Source: Amphiscolops sp. MND2022
Taxonomy: Eukaryota
DNA: 64,000 bases
Assembly (NCBI GenBank): GCA_964187785.1
Contig: OZ076409.1
Location: 10,356,001 to 10,420,000 of the forward strand
Direction: 5' to 3'
Shown piece after piece: positions 13,326 through 26,100 of this stretch. Made by a program: the position numbers and the translations under genes. A model generated the notes under the pieces. That model saw only the letters and a program-made list of their open reading frames with translations. It was not told the origin of the DNA and ran no database searches. Every line of letters begins with the position of its first letter. The stretch's first letter is position 1.

Positions 13326-14270
13326 TGTAACAGCTGCTTGCCCTTATCCTAAGCTGAGGCTTGACAAACTTTACGCCGCCCTGATCCGTTGCTTAGTACT
13401 GTGGACAGTTACTAAACAAACCCTGGTTTTTTTGTTTAAAGGACTCTATCTTGTGGCTGGTGGGTCCGATGTGAACCGTAGGAGTCTCCTGCGATCCCTC
13501 TTTGCACTTGTTTGGATCCTATGCGATCCGTAACACACTTTCCTCACTGTATCTTCACGCGCTCCGGCTCTCTAACTATGAGAGTAGCTACTTAGTCGCT
13601 CTGATTCTAGCGAAAAGTTGTGAAGATTGAGAAGTTGATTAATTAGACTCTTGGTCCTAAGACCCAACTTGACTATAGCTACTCAGTAGAGAAAATCTCT
13701 ATATAAAAATGGTATACATATCGTTTACAATGCTACAGTAAATATATGCAATTACAAGTAAGTATAAATAAACGACATTTAAGTGAAATATTAAAGTTAT
13801 TGGCTATGTAAACAAACAATGTGGTGCTTTTGGCATGTTGGTTAGGTGGGCTAGAAAGTATGTTTGCACAACACAATGTAAATATTATTAATTTCAACAC
13901 AGTTGCTTTTCCTTCAAGGTCATATGAGAAAATCACATAATAATTAATACATCAAAATTGGGTTTTCATGGGTTCCGACATATGTCACTAAGGTGTTAAT
14001 TGCTCGGAACCCAGGGGAGATACGAGGGAGGGTGGTTCGAGTGGAAAGTTGAGTTAGCACCTCTAGTTTATACATTCTATGTTTCGGGGTGACTGCATTA
14101 GTGCTTCTCAAAAAAGGGGGGGTGGGGTTTTTGCCTGCAACACCTATTTTGGTTAAAATCGTAATTTTCCATTTAGAATCCTGATGAGATTTCTAAGTGT
14201 TTTGAGTTATATGTTTCATCAGTCACGTTCAAACTTGAGTTTCTGATCTCGCAATTGACTTGCGCCAACA
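13326..14270 (-). repeat. BEL/Pao 3' LTR
   Basis: TGT...ACA termini; direct repeat of 20697-21636. Confidence 0.95.
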
Positions 14271-14279
14271 TTGCCGGCA

Positions 14280-17200
14280 CTATTTTCTCCCGAAAAACAC
14301 TTTCATAGAACATGGGTGCCATCTTCACTACTGGTGTTTTGAGTTTTCCACCTTCAGTTTTCACCAGCGCTGATCTCACTCGCCCATCGCTTCCATGGTA
14401 GACTTCCAACACTCTACCCATCTTGTACCGTGCTCTTTTTTACATTCTCATCTACTATCCATACCAAATCATTGACTTCCAATTGTCGAACTTTTTCTTT
14501 ATTCCATTTGGGTCTCTCATTCTATTGTAGTAAATATTCTCTGTTCCATCTGCCCCAAATCATATCTGCGTATGCTTGTGAAACTCTGAATACTCTTCGC
14601 AGATCCGTATATCGCTGAGAGTTAGGAATGAATGGGGTTGCAGGACTCGCACGTCCTAGTAGGAAGTGATTCGGAGTCAAAGCTTCCAAATCTTCGGGAT
14701 CATCACTGACACTAGTCAGAGGTCTCGAATTCAAAATCTGCTCAACTAGACACATTGTTGTGGATAATATATCATCTGTCAATGTTCTGTTTGCCACAAT
14801 CGCCAATATGGCCTTCTTGCAGCTTCTGACCATGCGCTCCCAAACACCTCCAAAATGCGGTGCACCTGTAGGGTTGAACCTCCATTTTAATTGCTTTCGA
14901 GCAATAGACTGCTCAATACCTGATTGATTCCAAGCTTCTATCCATTCTCGCATTGCTCCAGCTGCGCCCACAAAATTTGTTCCATTATCACTTAAAATGA
15001 TATTAGGTGTTCCGCTTCCTGCGATGCATCTCGTAATTGCAGCAAGACGTGCGTCGGCTTCCACGCTGGGCACGACTTCAATATGCACAGCTCTTATTGT
15101 TAAACATGTGAATCGACAACGCCATCGTTTCATTGATTTCCCCATGAATCTCACTTCGAATGGTCCAAAATTGTCTACTCCAGTATTGGCAAAGGGGAAA
15201 ACTCTTTCTTCCTATCATTCTTTAGGTAAGTCTGCCATGAAAGGTTGAACTCCTCCAACATGTTGCTTTCTGCACTTAACACACTTCAACTTCACCTTTC
15301 TGAGCGCGTTCCGGAGTCCAAATATCCGGTATTTTTGCTGCAAAATGCTGCGGACTTAATCCGTTCATTCATGGTAGTTACTTGCATGCGCATCTTCAAT
15401 CAGGTTCCTCACAATCGGAGGCTTAGCAGATAGCAAATTTGAATGTTTCATTTCATAACTCGCAACAGCAAGACAAAGTCGTCTTCTCAATCGCATTAGG
15501 TTTTGATCGTCCATAAATGATGACAATTTGTTCAAGTGATCAGATGCTGTCATGGATTTACCTGCTGCCAATGCTTGATAAGTTTGACCGAAGCAATCCA
15601 TCTGGCTCTTCCTCAGTAACAGTCGGACCACTTGTTGCAACTCTTCTGTTATTACCACTTTTCCTTTGATTTTTGATTTGAACCGAAAGCAATAGGCGAA
15701 GATCCGTGGCATTCTTCTGAAAGAACCGAACTTCTCCCAATCGATGTCCTTTTCTTCTGACACGACTTCAAAGACTTGTTCTATGTCTTCTGCTTTTTGC
15801 TGAAATAGCTGTGGCGAGGTTTGTGGCCAAGCACTTTATTTCTCTGGAAGCCATGCCGGCACTGTGAACCACTCAATCTTTTCTAGTTCAAGAACAGATT
15901 TTCTTCTTGTTCCAATGTCCGCAGGGTTTAAGGTTCCTTCGACATGTCTCCTTTGATCAATGGTTGAACAGTCAAGGATCACTGCGACTCTGTTTGCCAC
16001 AAACACTGGTTGTTTATTGTCAGCCCCAAGCAACTTTTGCAAACCAGTTGTCGAGTCCGTCCAAAAGAAGGTTCGTCCAATTTCAATGTCGTGTTCGTCT
16101 ACGATCAGTTGTTTCAATCGGGTTTCATACATAGCTGCTTGTAGCTCTAGTCGGGAAATTGATTGTTGCTTCATTGGCTCTACTAGGCATTTCCCTACCA
16201 CTTAGGCAAGCTCTCCAGTTTGTTGATCGCGAGAGTAGGCAACTCTGCACAAGGCGTCCAGGGATGCATCGGCGAAAACATACTACTTCAGCATTTTTCG
16301 ACAAATTCTTTTGATAGCCTTCTCATTCATGTGATTCATCTCCGATGCCCAATCCTTGAATGCTATCTCGTCTTCTGGAGATAACTCTTCGTCCCACGAC
16401 TAACCATGATTCTTCCAATTTCCTTTGAGCAACAATCTCATCCTGACAGTGAAAGGGGAAAACAGTCCCAACGGGTCAAACACAGATGATACGTGAGATA
16501 AAACAATTCTCTGAGTAACCTTGGCTGGCACCTCTTTTCCTGTTTCGCGGGAAATCTCAAGACTGTCTGACTCCACAATCCCCTGGAGTCCTAATATAGA
16601 AGGAACCAAGGGTTCAGCGTCGAATGTTTTGCTTAGCGCGACTGATCTATCTTCCGGGGATATTTCTTCCATCACTTTCTCTGAGTTGCAATTGCATTTC
16701 GTTAGTCGAAAGCCATGGTTCGCTAAGGACTTTCGCAAGCTCCTGTACACTTCCACAGCTTCTTCCTCTGAAGCTACTGACTTCACAAAGTCATCCATAT
16801 AGAAATTTCTGTTAATCAAACTTGCGACCATCTCCTTTTCGCCTCCGCAATCTCTTTCGACTTGTAGCAAAGCATAGTTGACACATGTTGGCGAACTCTA
16901 AGCTCCGAAAATGTGCCTTCCCTATTCATACGCAGCGATAGGTTCCGTGTTGCTTTCTTCTCTCCACTAAAATCTGAGCACTTTGCAATCAACAGGGGGT
17001 ACTTTCACTTGGAGAAACATCGCTTCGACATCTGCTGTCAAGGCAAACTGTTTCTCCCTGAATCTGAAAAAAATCCTATCAGCGATTGAAGGAGGTTTGG
17101 TCCGGCCATCAAGTTACTATTTAGTGAAGCAACTCCGAACTTTGAGAGGCAGTGTTGTATACTCGTCTCACTTTGTCTGGCTTGTTCGGGTTCAGTACTG

Positions 17201-20200
17201 GAAGATGCGGAACGTACCACTGAAGGTCTGTTTTAGTGCTTTCAGGCTCTGCTTCATCCAGAATTCTCACAAATCTCTTTTGCACGTCCACGTCAATTGT
17301 TTCTTTGTAGCGTTATTTCAGGTGCTCATCCTACTCCAGTCGACGCTCGAGAGGCTTAAATTGACACACTGCTGAACTGTGGTTGTTTGGCAAATGTTAT
17401 TCCAAAGTATTCCGACCTCATACCTCTCTCCATCGATCTTTGTGGTTGCCTTGAGCATTTCGAGAGCCTTGTCGTCCTCCTTTGACTTTCCGGATACGCT
17501 GCAGTTGGAAGCATACGATTTCTTGCTCCACCAAGACTTCACGTGATCCGCTAATGGGTCCACTTCTGCTGAAACTAGACTTTCAGTTGCAAGTTTTGCA
17601 GTCTCTTGTCGAGTCAATGGTTCACTGATCATCCATCAGCTTCGTTCGCACTGCCCAGGTCTTTGCGTTTCCACATATTCTATATTCGGTAGCTTTATGC
17701 AAGTGATAACAATCTTGGCCCAAGATGACTTGACATCTTTCATTTTGATGATAGAGTCTTTCAAAACTGACAAGTGAGGATATGTTTTTTTCAATTTCTT
17801 GAGATCGTACGATCGATTTCCCGCCTTTACGCCACGATGACCATATACTATGATATCTTCATTAGCCTTTCCGTCTTGATCTCAAATCCTGACTCGAAGT
17901 CGTTTGCTACTAATATCTGACGTACCATGAATTCCTGCATCATTCAAATCCACTGACTGTCCCGTCAGAATCAGCGCTTTCATCAGGCTCTTGTCCAGTC
18001 CACAAAGCACAGACTTGCTCCAGAGTTGCACAAAGCGAACGTTTTCAGAGTTTTGCTCCCACTCCCTATCGTTCCTGGAATGACTGGAAGCACTCCACTG
18101 CTTTTCATTGATGACAGGTTGGAGACCATTTCGACATTTTCAAAATTTTTCTTTTGTTCCACGTTCTTGTATGATCTGTGTAGCAGTATGTGATGAGGTT
18201 TTCCGCAACCAATGACGTCACAGAGTCTACCAGAGCAATTTCTCATCTGATGTGCGTCTGATAAGCATTTGAATCACAGCTTCAGTTCTTTCGCCTCTTG
18301 TCCTCATTCTTCAACGTTCATCATCTTGAATTTTCCACATTTCCATATCGGATGTTTGCCATAATTTCAGCACACACTCTCGCCGGTATTTCAAGTTGTC
18401 ACTCGCGGTGTTTGTTGCTGATGTTGCAAATGTGGAGCTTTTTGCCTTTCCTTTGTAACTCGACTTCGGGCGGTCAGAGATCTGCTATATCAATGAGCCA
18501 TTCACTGAACACAGCGAGTCCAGTTTGATACAGGTTCATTTGCTTCACATGAGTGAGCCACTTCGTTTTCATGCCCAGTGTTAATTTCCTTGTGGCACTG
18601 CCCAGAACTCCTTCTGAGTTTAGGTCTCCCACGTAGTTGAATTGTGTCAAAACATTCACGCAACTCGGCACTATTCTCGCAAACTTGATCAATGCGGCTC
18701 CATCATAAAGTTTCATCGGAGGAAAGGAGTTTATTCGCTTCAGCTGAGCGTTCACAACCATTTGAGGTTTTCCAATGTTTCGAACTAGAACGTTCCACGC
18801 TACATTGTACATCTCTGTACAAGATTCATCTTTACACTGCCGTTCAAATTTGCTGCGTGGACAGTTGCTTGAAATAGTTGTAACAACTCTGGCCACTCCA
18901 ATGGGTCACCTGAAATCTCTGCCAGCTCCAGTTTTGGCACTCTTGACCTGATGTAGTAGTCGTCTCTAGCACTTAACGCTATGTTTGGCCCTTGACTTGG
19001 AATATACTGCTTCTGTCCTCACAAACTGTGGTACTTGAAATGCACCACTCGGGATGCCTCCAAACGTAGGGGTTTACTGATTTTGGTCTGCACTGAGGGT
19101 CATCGACTGCTTCGATGAGGCGAACTTCACTTCTGCTTGTGCTGTTGCTCTTCGACTGCCGACTCCGAAGACAGTCCTTGTTCTATCCCTTCCAATACCT
19201 CGCATAATGGCTTCTGTGGATATGATCGGTTTGACTGAGGGTTTCAAGTCTCTCACTAGCGCGGAGGAATGTCCTCCATGCATCGATTGTACTGAAATCA
19301 CTGGTGCTGAGACGGGCGTTTGCTGGTATACTGGTAGCACGTTAATCGACGATGCCACGTTTTCAGCTTCTTCTGTCTTGTCCATTCATTCTGAGACTTT
19401 CGTCAGATTGTCATATAAAGTCCCGACTGGTGAGATATTTCAGTAGCTAGACCCACAACTTTTCGAAATTTTCGCCAGCTCTATTTCCTTTTGAGCAATT
19501 TTGGCTTTGCGGGCCACCTATTCTTGTGAATCTGCTATCTCCTTTTCTTTTGCTTCTCGTTCCAGTTTTCCAGGCGCGTTTGCAGTTCTTCGTACTCTTT
19601 TAAAGCTTTCAACTCAACTCCAAATCGAGAATTCGTCTTACGTTTGATGTTTATGAAACCACGGAGGTTTTGTTGCTTTTGGTTCTGTCACCTCGCGAAT
19701 GTATGCTCAATTCTTCTATTGGCTGTGATCTAGCCCCATTTTGTCGCTCTTGGCTGTCATCCGCGTTATGACCATCGTGTTCTTTTTGCTCATCGTCTGG
19801 TTGTGGTTCCTTTTGTGGTGAGGTACCAGTTTTACTGCTTTTGTCTGCTGCAACGCTACCACGAACGTCTGCTAGTCTTTGTTCAGCGTCTTCAAGACTT
19901 CGCAAGAAGGCTCCAGGTTCTCCTGACTTCAGGAGAGCTTCAATTTTCATTTTGAAGTCAGACCGCTTTTGAAGCAATTCTTGATATGCTGTTGCATGAC
20001 CTTCTTCGACGTCCTCGACGTTTTCAATTCGTTTGTAGCGCAACTTTTCGTTATTCTATCTTTTCGATCAGTATTATCAACCATCCAATGCTAGAGTTTT
20101 GTTGCTGCAACTCATCAAATCGACTCTTTATTGCTTTTTTCCTTGCTGAGAATATTTCGGGTATCTGCGGTTGATACGTGAGATATATTGCATTTTCGAC

Positions 20201-20310
20201 TGCCTAAATGAGTCGTTCTCGCCTGTTGATGGCATCGGTTCGTCGTAAGAGTAGCTCTGCTATCTGTTTGTTGTCATCATTGCTAGCTAGATTTTCATCA
20301 ATTTCTTTGA
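14280..20310 (-). pseudogene. BEL/Pao gag-pol polyprotein with many stops and frameshifts
   Basis: In order: gag (DUF1759-like, 18474-18896), Cys/His knuckles (CDVIGCGKPHHILLH), protease-like KTFALCNSGASL, RT NFYMDDFVKS, Pao RNaseH-like SISRLELQAA and FWTDST, integrase SDNGTNFVGA and APHFGGVWERMVRSCK, and C-terminal GRVLEVYHGSDGRVRSA. Confidence 0.92.
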
Positions 20311-20458
20311 GAGTCTTGCGTGCTCGACAGCTACATTCCAATAACTCCGCGTTTTCGCGTTGTCTGCAGAGTTATCCAGAAAATTCTCAACTGTGTTGAT
20401 ATCAAACCGTTTTGGTTGAGCCTTCTCTTCACTTTTCGATGGAATTTAGTTCCCAAAT

Positions 20459-20600
20459 TCACAATAGCCCAATCTCCTAGAGACACAGTAGCCCAGTCTC
20501 CCAGAGACACAGTAGCCCAATCTCCCAGAAACACAGTAGCCCCAATGTCCAAAGATACAGTAGCCCAAGTTCCCAGAGACACAAAATCAGAGACTCCAAG
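20459..20600. repeat. 24-bp tandem repeat (about 5-6 copies) in the BEL leader
   Basis: Units resemble ACACAGTAGCCCAGTCTCCCAGAG. Confidence 0.9.
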
Positions 20601-20696
20601 ATTCAGACACTTGTTCTCGGGCAATATTCTCAGCTGTCCACCAACGAGACGTCTTCGTCCTCGTCTTCTTCTTGTAGTCCTGGTCGGCGGGCCAAA

Positions 20697-21636
20697 GGTA
20701 ACGGCTGCTTGCCCTTATCCTGCGCTGAGGCTTGACAAACTTTACGCCACCCTGATCCGTTGCTTAGGACTGTGGACCGTTACTAAACAAATCCTGTTTT
20801 TTTTGTTTAAAGGACTCTATCTTGTGGCTGGTGGGTCCGATGTGACCCGTAGGAATCTTCTGCGATCCCTCTTTGCACTCCTTAGGATCCGATGAGATCC
20901 GTAGCACACTTCCCTCACTGTAACTTCACGCGCTCCGTCTCTCCATCTATGAGAGTAGCTACTTAGTCGCTCTGACTCTAGCGAAAAGTTGGGAAGACTG
21001 AGAAGTTGAATAATCAGTCTCTTTGTCCTAAGACCCAACTTGACTATAGCTATTCAATAGCGAAAATCTCTATATAATATTGGTATACCTATCGTTTACA
21101 GTTCTACAGTAAATATAAGCAAATATAAGTAAGTATAGATAAATGACATTTAGGTGAATATTTTAAGTTATTGGCTATGTAAACAAACTACGTGGTGATT
21201 TTGGCATGTTGGTTAGGTGGGCTATAAAGTATTTTTACACAATGTAAATATCATTAATTTCAACAGAGTTGCTTTTCCTTCAAGCTCATATGAGAAAATC
21301 ACATTATAATTAATACATCAAAATTGGGTTTTCATGGGTTCCGACATAGGTCACTTTGGGTGTTAATTGCTCGGAACCCAGAGGAGATACGAGGTAGGGT
21401 GGTTCGAGTGGAAAGTTGAGTTAGCACCTCTAGTTTATACATTCTAAGTTTCGGGGTTACTGCATTAGTGCTTCTCAAAAAGGAGGGGTGGTGTTTTTGC
21501 CTGCATCACCTATTTTGGTTAAAATCGTAATTTTCCAACTAGAATCCTGATGAGATTTCTAAGTGTTTTGAGTTATAAGTTTCAGCAGTCACGTTCGAAT
21601 TTGAGTTTCTGATCTCGCAATTGACTGGCGCCAACA
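20697..21636 (-). repeat. BEL/Pao 5' LTR
   Basis: Direct repeat of 13326-14270, adjacent to the PBS. Confidence 0.95.
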
Positions 21637-22689
21637 TTCTCGTTTTGTTATTTAGATTAGTATGGAAATTTCAGAAGACGAAACCGGAAGTAAGAAAAAT
21701 GGTCGCGTGTGAAAACATTGAACCGGAAGTTTTATTTTTCCTAAAAATCGCTTTTGAATATCTTACGTTGTGCTTACGTTCATTGAAAATTCTTCCGCCT
21801 TAATACATTGTCGTGCTACAGTTTAAGAGAACAAGGTAAGGTGTTTACTTTTTAAAGGCTCCATGGCCGAGACCAGAGGCGAGTTTGTGCAACCCTTCGT
21901 GACAGTTGCAACTCCGACCGGGAGCGGGTCGTGACACTTGTTGATGTCAAGAATCAAGCCCGTACAGTGCTGCTCAGAAATCGAGCTTTTCGACCACTCA
22001 GCTATGTGCTTCAAAAACAAGATTTGGTTGATAATCTATCATGTGTCTGGAGCATTCTCCAGAAAACACTAACGCTCTAATCACTCTTCCTACAACCTGC
22101 TGACAACATAACCTCAACAAGGGATTTTCATATTGGAATCACGAGATGGAATATTGCAATGTTAACATTTTGAAACGCCTGTCGATGCAAAGCGAAAGCA
22201 AATCAAGCACAATTGAGTCTGTCTGGCAAGAAAGTTGATTGCTACATATACATGCTGATAAGTTTCTGCTTTGCAAAGAATATCGAACGAAGCACGATGT
22301 CAAGCTTGTGAACAGTTGCGTGCGTTGCGTTGTAAATAGTACGTAATCGACTGAACGTTTGAAGCATTGAAGCTACGATACCGTTTCGAAACTTACCGTT
22401 AATGCAGAAATACCAGAGAAATATGTCATCGATTGACACAACGATTTCGTTCCAAAAGAAGGAAGGTCAATTTACCAAGTCTTTGTAACTCCAGGTCGCA
22501 AAAATTCACCTTGCGAATCCGCAAAAAACTAATTTGCAATGGTTTTTCTAACTTTTATTCAATAATCTACTCATCAACTCTCCAGAGAGCTGTCTAATTA
22601 CTGTTGATATCGTTTGCGTTTCTAGGAGTTGCAAACAGATTATAAAAACTGAGAAACAAATTACGTACTTTGTCATTTAGTCATATCTC

Positions 22690-23195
22690 GACCAATCTCG
22701 CTAAGTTTCTCAGATCCCAAACATACGAATTTTGAGGTCATTGCACACATAGGACCCTAACATGGCGTTCAATGATTGTTGAAACTTTCGTTCGATTCGC
22801 ATTGACAGTTTTTGAAAATTGAAAAAAGTCCCAAAATGACAGTATTTTTATCATTTTTGGACTGGTTTTGGCTGTTCCTCATATCCCAGTCATTCGATTT
22901 TGATGCCATTGCACAAACAGGACCCTAATAAAGAGTAGCATGAATGCTTAGAAATCCGTTCGAATTGTGAGGACAGCGAAAATCGAAAAAAAAAAATTTG
23001 AAACGTGTGTTTTTTGGTCTTTATAGGACTATTTTCGGCTATATTTCTCAAATCCCAGCCATGCGATGTTGGTGTCATTGTGCAGACAGGAACAATTTTC
23101 GGAACAAAAGAATGGCCCTGCTAAGTTTTTTTAAAAATCGTTCAGACAGTTTCCTGAAACTTTCATTGGAAAGTCGTGAGAAAAAGGTACGATTA
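22690..23195. repeat. dispersed repeat with about three diverged ~170-bp internal units; related copy at about 53400-53670
   Basis: Recurrent ATCCCAG.CAT.CGATTTTGATG.CATTGCAC...AGGACCCTAA. Both loci share the end motif GAGAAAAA(AA)GGTACGA. Confidence 0.75.
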
Positions 23196-23751
23196 AATAT
23201 GTAATAAATGGAGACTAAGCATTGAATTGTAGTGGATAAAATAGTAGCTAAATATTTAATGAAATTTGAGTTGCCTCTTTTAGCAGCTGCTACAACATTA
23301 TCAAACGTCATCTTTGAGTACTTTAAATTGTTGCTTGTTGCTTCTTTCAGAAATTAATTATTTATATTTGTTCGAAGTCATCGAAATCGATGTTTCTGTT
23401 CACTTTAATAGCTGTATTTTCTGTTGTGGTTTCGCAAACTTCCATTCTGATTCTGTTTGTTACTATCAAATGAGGGAATCAACCGCTTGAATGCTTCTGT
23501 TGTTTTGAGCTTCTGTTGTTTCAAAGATGATATCTGTGAAACGAATTTCCAGCGCACAGTTGGCTCATTGTTTTATACAGACAAAAAGCTTTTGCTTCTG
23601 CAACTGCTCCATCATTTGTTCGTTCACGACATTCACCAACAAAGGCGAACTTCATGCTCAGTTCAATTGATCGTTATACCTCTTCTGTTACCGTCGAAAA
23701 ATGTTCGACTTAATAGACAATAAGCCCATTGTTTCTCAGAAGACAGGAGTT

Positions 23752-24672
23752 ATGTTTTGGATCATCAGCGTTTGTGTAACATTTACTCTTGTTGCAAAAA
23801 CAGTGACAGGAGATACCAATACCTTTCGTTCCACGGCATTCGAAGACCCAATAAATGGGAAACGTTTGGACGCAGGAAAAGTTATTGAAACACGACAAGA
23901 AGCATCGAGTACAAAATGCGCTCTAGCTTGTTCTAAAAACGATGACTGCCTTTCGTTCGGTTTTTGTGGAGAAACCTCTTGCGAATTATACAATGAAGAC
24001 ATTTTTTCAACAGAGCATGGAGAGAACATTCTAGAAGAAGATGCAAACTGCAAATATTTTGGGATGAAGAAGGAATCTAAGCCAATATGCCAGCAAGATG
24101 GTCTGTTTGCAGACATACAGGGTGACGATGGAAACAGTGAGTTTTGTCTAATAAGTGGGAAGCGAGTTGATACAGTGTGGGGCCAATGGGGAGGGGAAGA
24201 AACAGTATACGACCCTCCTGATTGGAAGTTAGTAAACAGGAGAGAGACTGTTATTGAAGCAGCCCATGAGGGACTTCTTGACTTGGGAGATTCTGAGCGA
24301 GCTTTAGAATGGATCAAGTTTGTAGATCAAGAGATGACATGGGAGGATGCAAAAGCAAATTGCGAAACTTTGGGTGGAACTTTGTTCTCCAGAGTAGATG
24401 GAACTGAGGAGCAATTTGAGTTCTTGCTACAGAAAATGAATGGAAAGAGACACTGGTTAGGGATCTACACTGAGGATCACATACTCTGGAAATCGGTGAA
24501 GGATGATATCGTCAGCTCAACGTTACTGCATTGGAAAACTGGGCAGCCAAACAATGTAGGAAATCAACAAAAATACGTCTCTATCTACCCTGCTTGGCAA
24601 TCTGTGCCTTTCACTGGTTTGGCTGATGATGAAAACTCAAAAGTCAAGGTGTCAGTTTGTGACATGATGTGA
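23752..24672 (+). CDS. secreted PAN/Apple-domain + C-type lectin protein (intronless)
   Basis: Signal-peptide-like MFWIISVCVTFTLVAK (ATG 23752; upstream in-frame ATG at 23701), PAN motif CALACSKNDDCLSFGFC...CELY, and CTLD motifs MTWEDAKANC, HWLGI, WKTGQPN and a terminal VCD. Confidence 0.85.
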   Translation: MFWIISVCVTFTLVAKTVTGDTNTFRSTAFEDPINGKRLDAGKVIETRQEASSTKCALACSKNDDCLSFGFCGETSCELYNEDIFSTEHGENILEEDANCKYFGMKKESKPICQQDGLFADIQGDDGNSEFCLISGKRVDTVWGQWGGEETVYDPPDWKLVNRRETVIEAAHEGLLDLGDSERALEWIKFVDQEMTWEDAKANCETLGGTLFSRVDGTEEQFEFLLQKMNGKRHWLGIYTEDHILWKSVKDDIVSSTLLHWKTGQPNNVGNQQKYVSIYPAWQSVPFTGLADDENSKVKVSVCDMM

Positions 24673-25387
24673 TGCCTGCAGGACCTGTGCATAGTGTAAA
24701 AATTGTAATCACTGGATTAAAAACTGATCAAAATTAAGGGAAATATTTTATCATTTCTCGATCTTGTTAGTAGCAATATGTTAGAAAACATTATTTTGAA
24801 GATTTTGCTTTATGATTACATCGTTTATTGCCGGTACATCTTATGAACTGGTGAAACCTATAATATTCGTTGCGCCTTCATTTTAAGCACTTAATAACTC
24901 AACTGTTTATTGGAACAAGATGAAATGTCACAAATTGGAGCCCCGACCAAAACTCAAAACGCGCAGTCTCAAAAATATGCTCAGAATGACTTTTATCAAG
25001 TGCGCATAAAGATCAGAGATCCAAAAAATCCGAAGGGGCACCATGTGGCCTTAAAAAACAATTTTCTTTGACCAAAATTATCATTACAAACGTCGAAGAG
25101 GCTTCCTCTGGTGCTTTTCAGCCTTGCTGTATAGTCATATGTGGTCTACGGACACACTTTAGACTAGTTTCACGACGTTATGAAATTACTGACTGGAAGT
25201 TATATAGCAAATCTGATAAGAACTTTATTATCTTCCTGTAAGCTTTCCGTAACGTGATAGTACATATAACGGTAATACACATAAACATTGATATGTACTT
25301 TATCGTCAGCATACTAAGTGGGGAGTACGAAATTAAGTGATATCTACCACATATAACCGCTACAAATGAAATATTTTAAATACAAAT

Positions 25388-26100
25388 TGTAAGGAGTGAA
25401 GTCCATGCTTTCCCTAAGATCACATGCGGACCTTGCGTCCTTCTTGCAAACCTTGTATTCGGGCCATTCCGAGCATTGCCGAAACCTCGCTCATTTGAGG
25501 ACGTACCAGTACGAGTACCATTTGGTCCAAAGGCAAACTACCCATTACTTTCTACATCCCAAAAAGTACTCTGTCATTTATAGCTGAACTAACGGTCCTA
25601 TTGATCAGCGTCTGCATCACGTTCATTAGTGAATTTATTTCTTGGGACAATCTAGGGTGGATTTCACTTGATAATATCTCAATAGACTCTCCAAGTCAAT
25701 CTTGTCTTACTGGGCCCTTTCTGATATCAATGTTTCTGATCTCATTTTCCTGAGATAACATTTCACCAAATATGTAGAGCATCGAAGTCCTGATGTCCGT
25801 CTGGGCGATTTATCACACGATCAAGCTCTCTTTTTATAGACTTTGAGTCTCCAGTAACGAGCATCACTTCCATATTATCATAATCGGATGAGATAACCTT
25901 CTCTCTGTATTTTCTAGCCCTGGCTTTTTGTCTTCTAGTGGAAGGCAATGGTGAGAGTACAGGAGGAAATATTCAAATTGTTCCTGTAATGTAGTTATCA
26001 ATTCTGGTTCTACAAAGAACAATAACAAAGCAACTTGTATTTCAACGAATCATGGAAAATGGTGTCTCTCAGACAACCAACTTCGGTATGTATACCCAAG
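25388..26100 (-). mobile_element. solo-LTR-like repeat family A with embedded degenerate ORF (PSTRRQKARARKYRE...NMEVML); 5' limit unknown
   Basis: TATACATA at 26094-26087 and ORF start at about 25948. Ends CACTCCTTACA at 25388, matching CACTCATTAGA at 40940. Confidence 0.55.

Larger units (their letters stand above)
13326..21636 (-). mobile_element. BEL/Pao LTR retrotransposon, full-length, decayed
   Basis: Two ~940-bp direct LTRs (13326-14270, 20697-21636), 5-bp TSD ATCTC/TTCTC, PBS-like TGGCCCGCCGACCAGG at 20694-20679, and a purine-rich PPT-like tract before the 3' LTR. Confidence 0.95.

Noticed and set aside
20320..20895. 191-aa ORF with TVAQSPRD repeats
   Set aside because: Antisense translation of the BEL leader minisatellite and LTR.
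21823..22500. Decayed coding-like region next to the BEL element
   Set aside because: No recognisable motif could be assigned.
23736..24317. 193-aa minus-strand ORF
   Set aside because: Antisense shadow of the lectin CDS.
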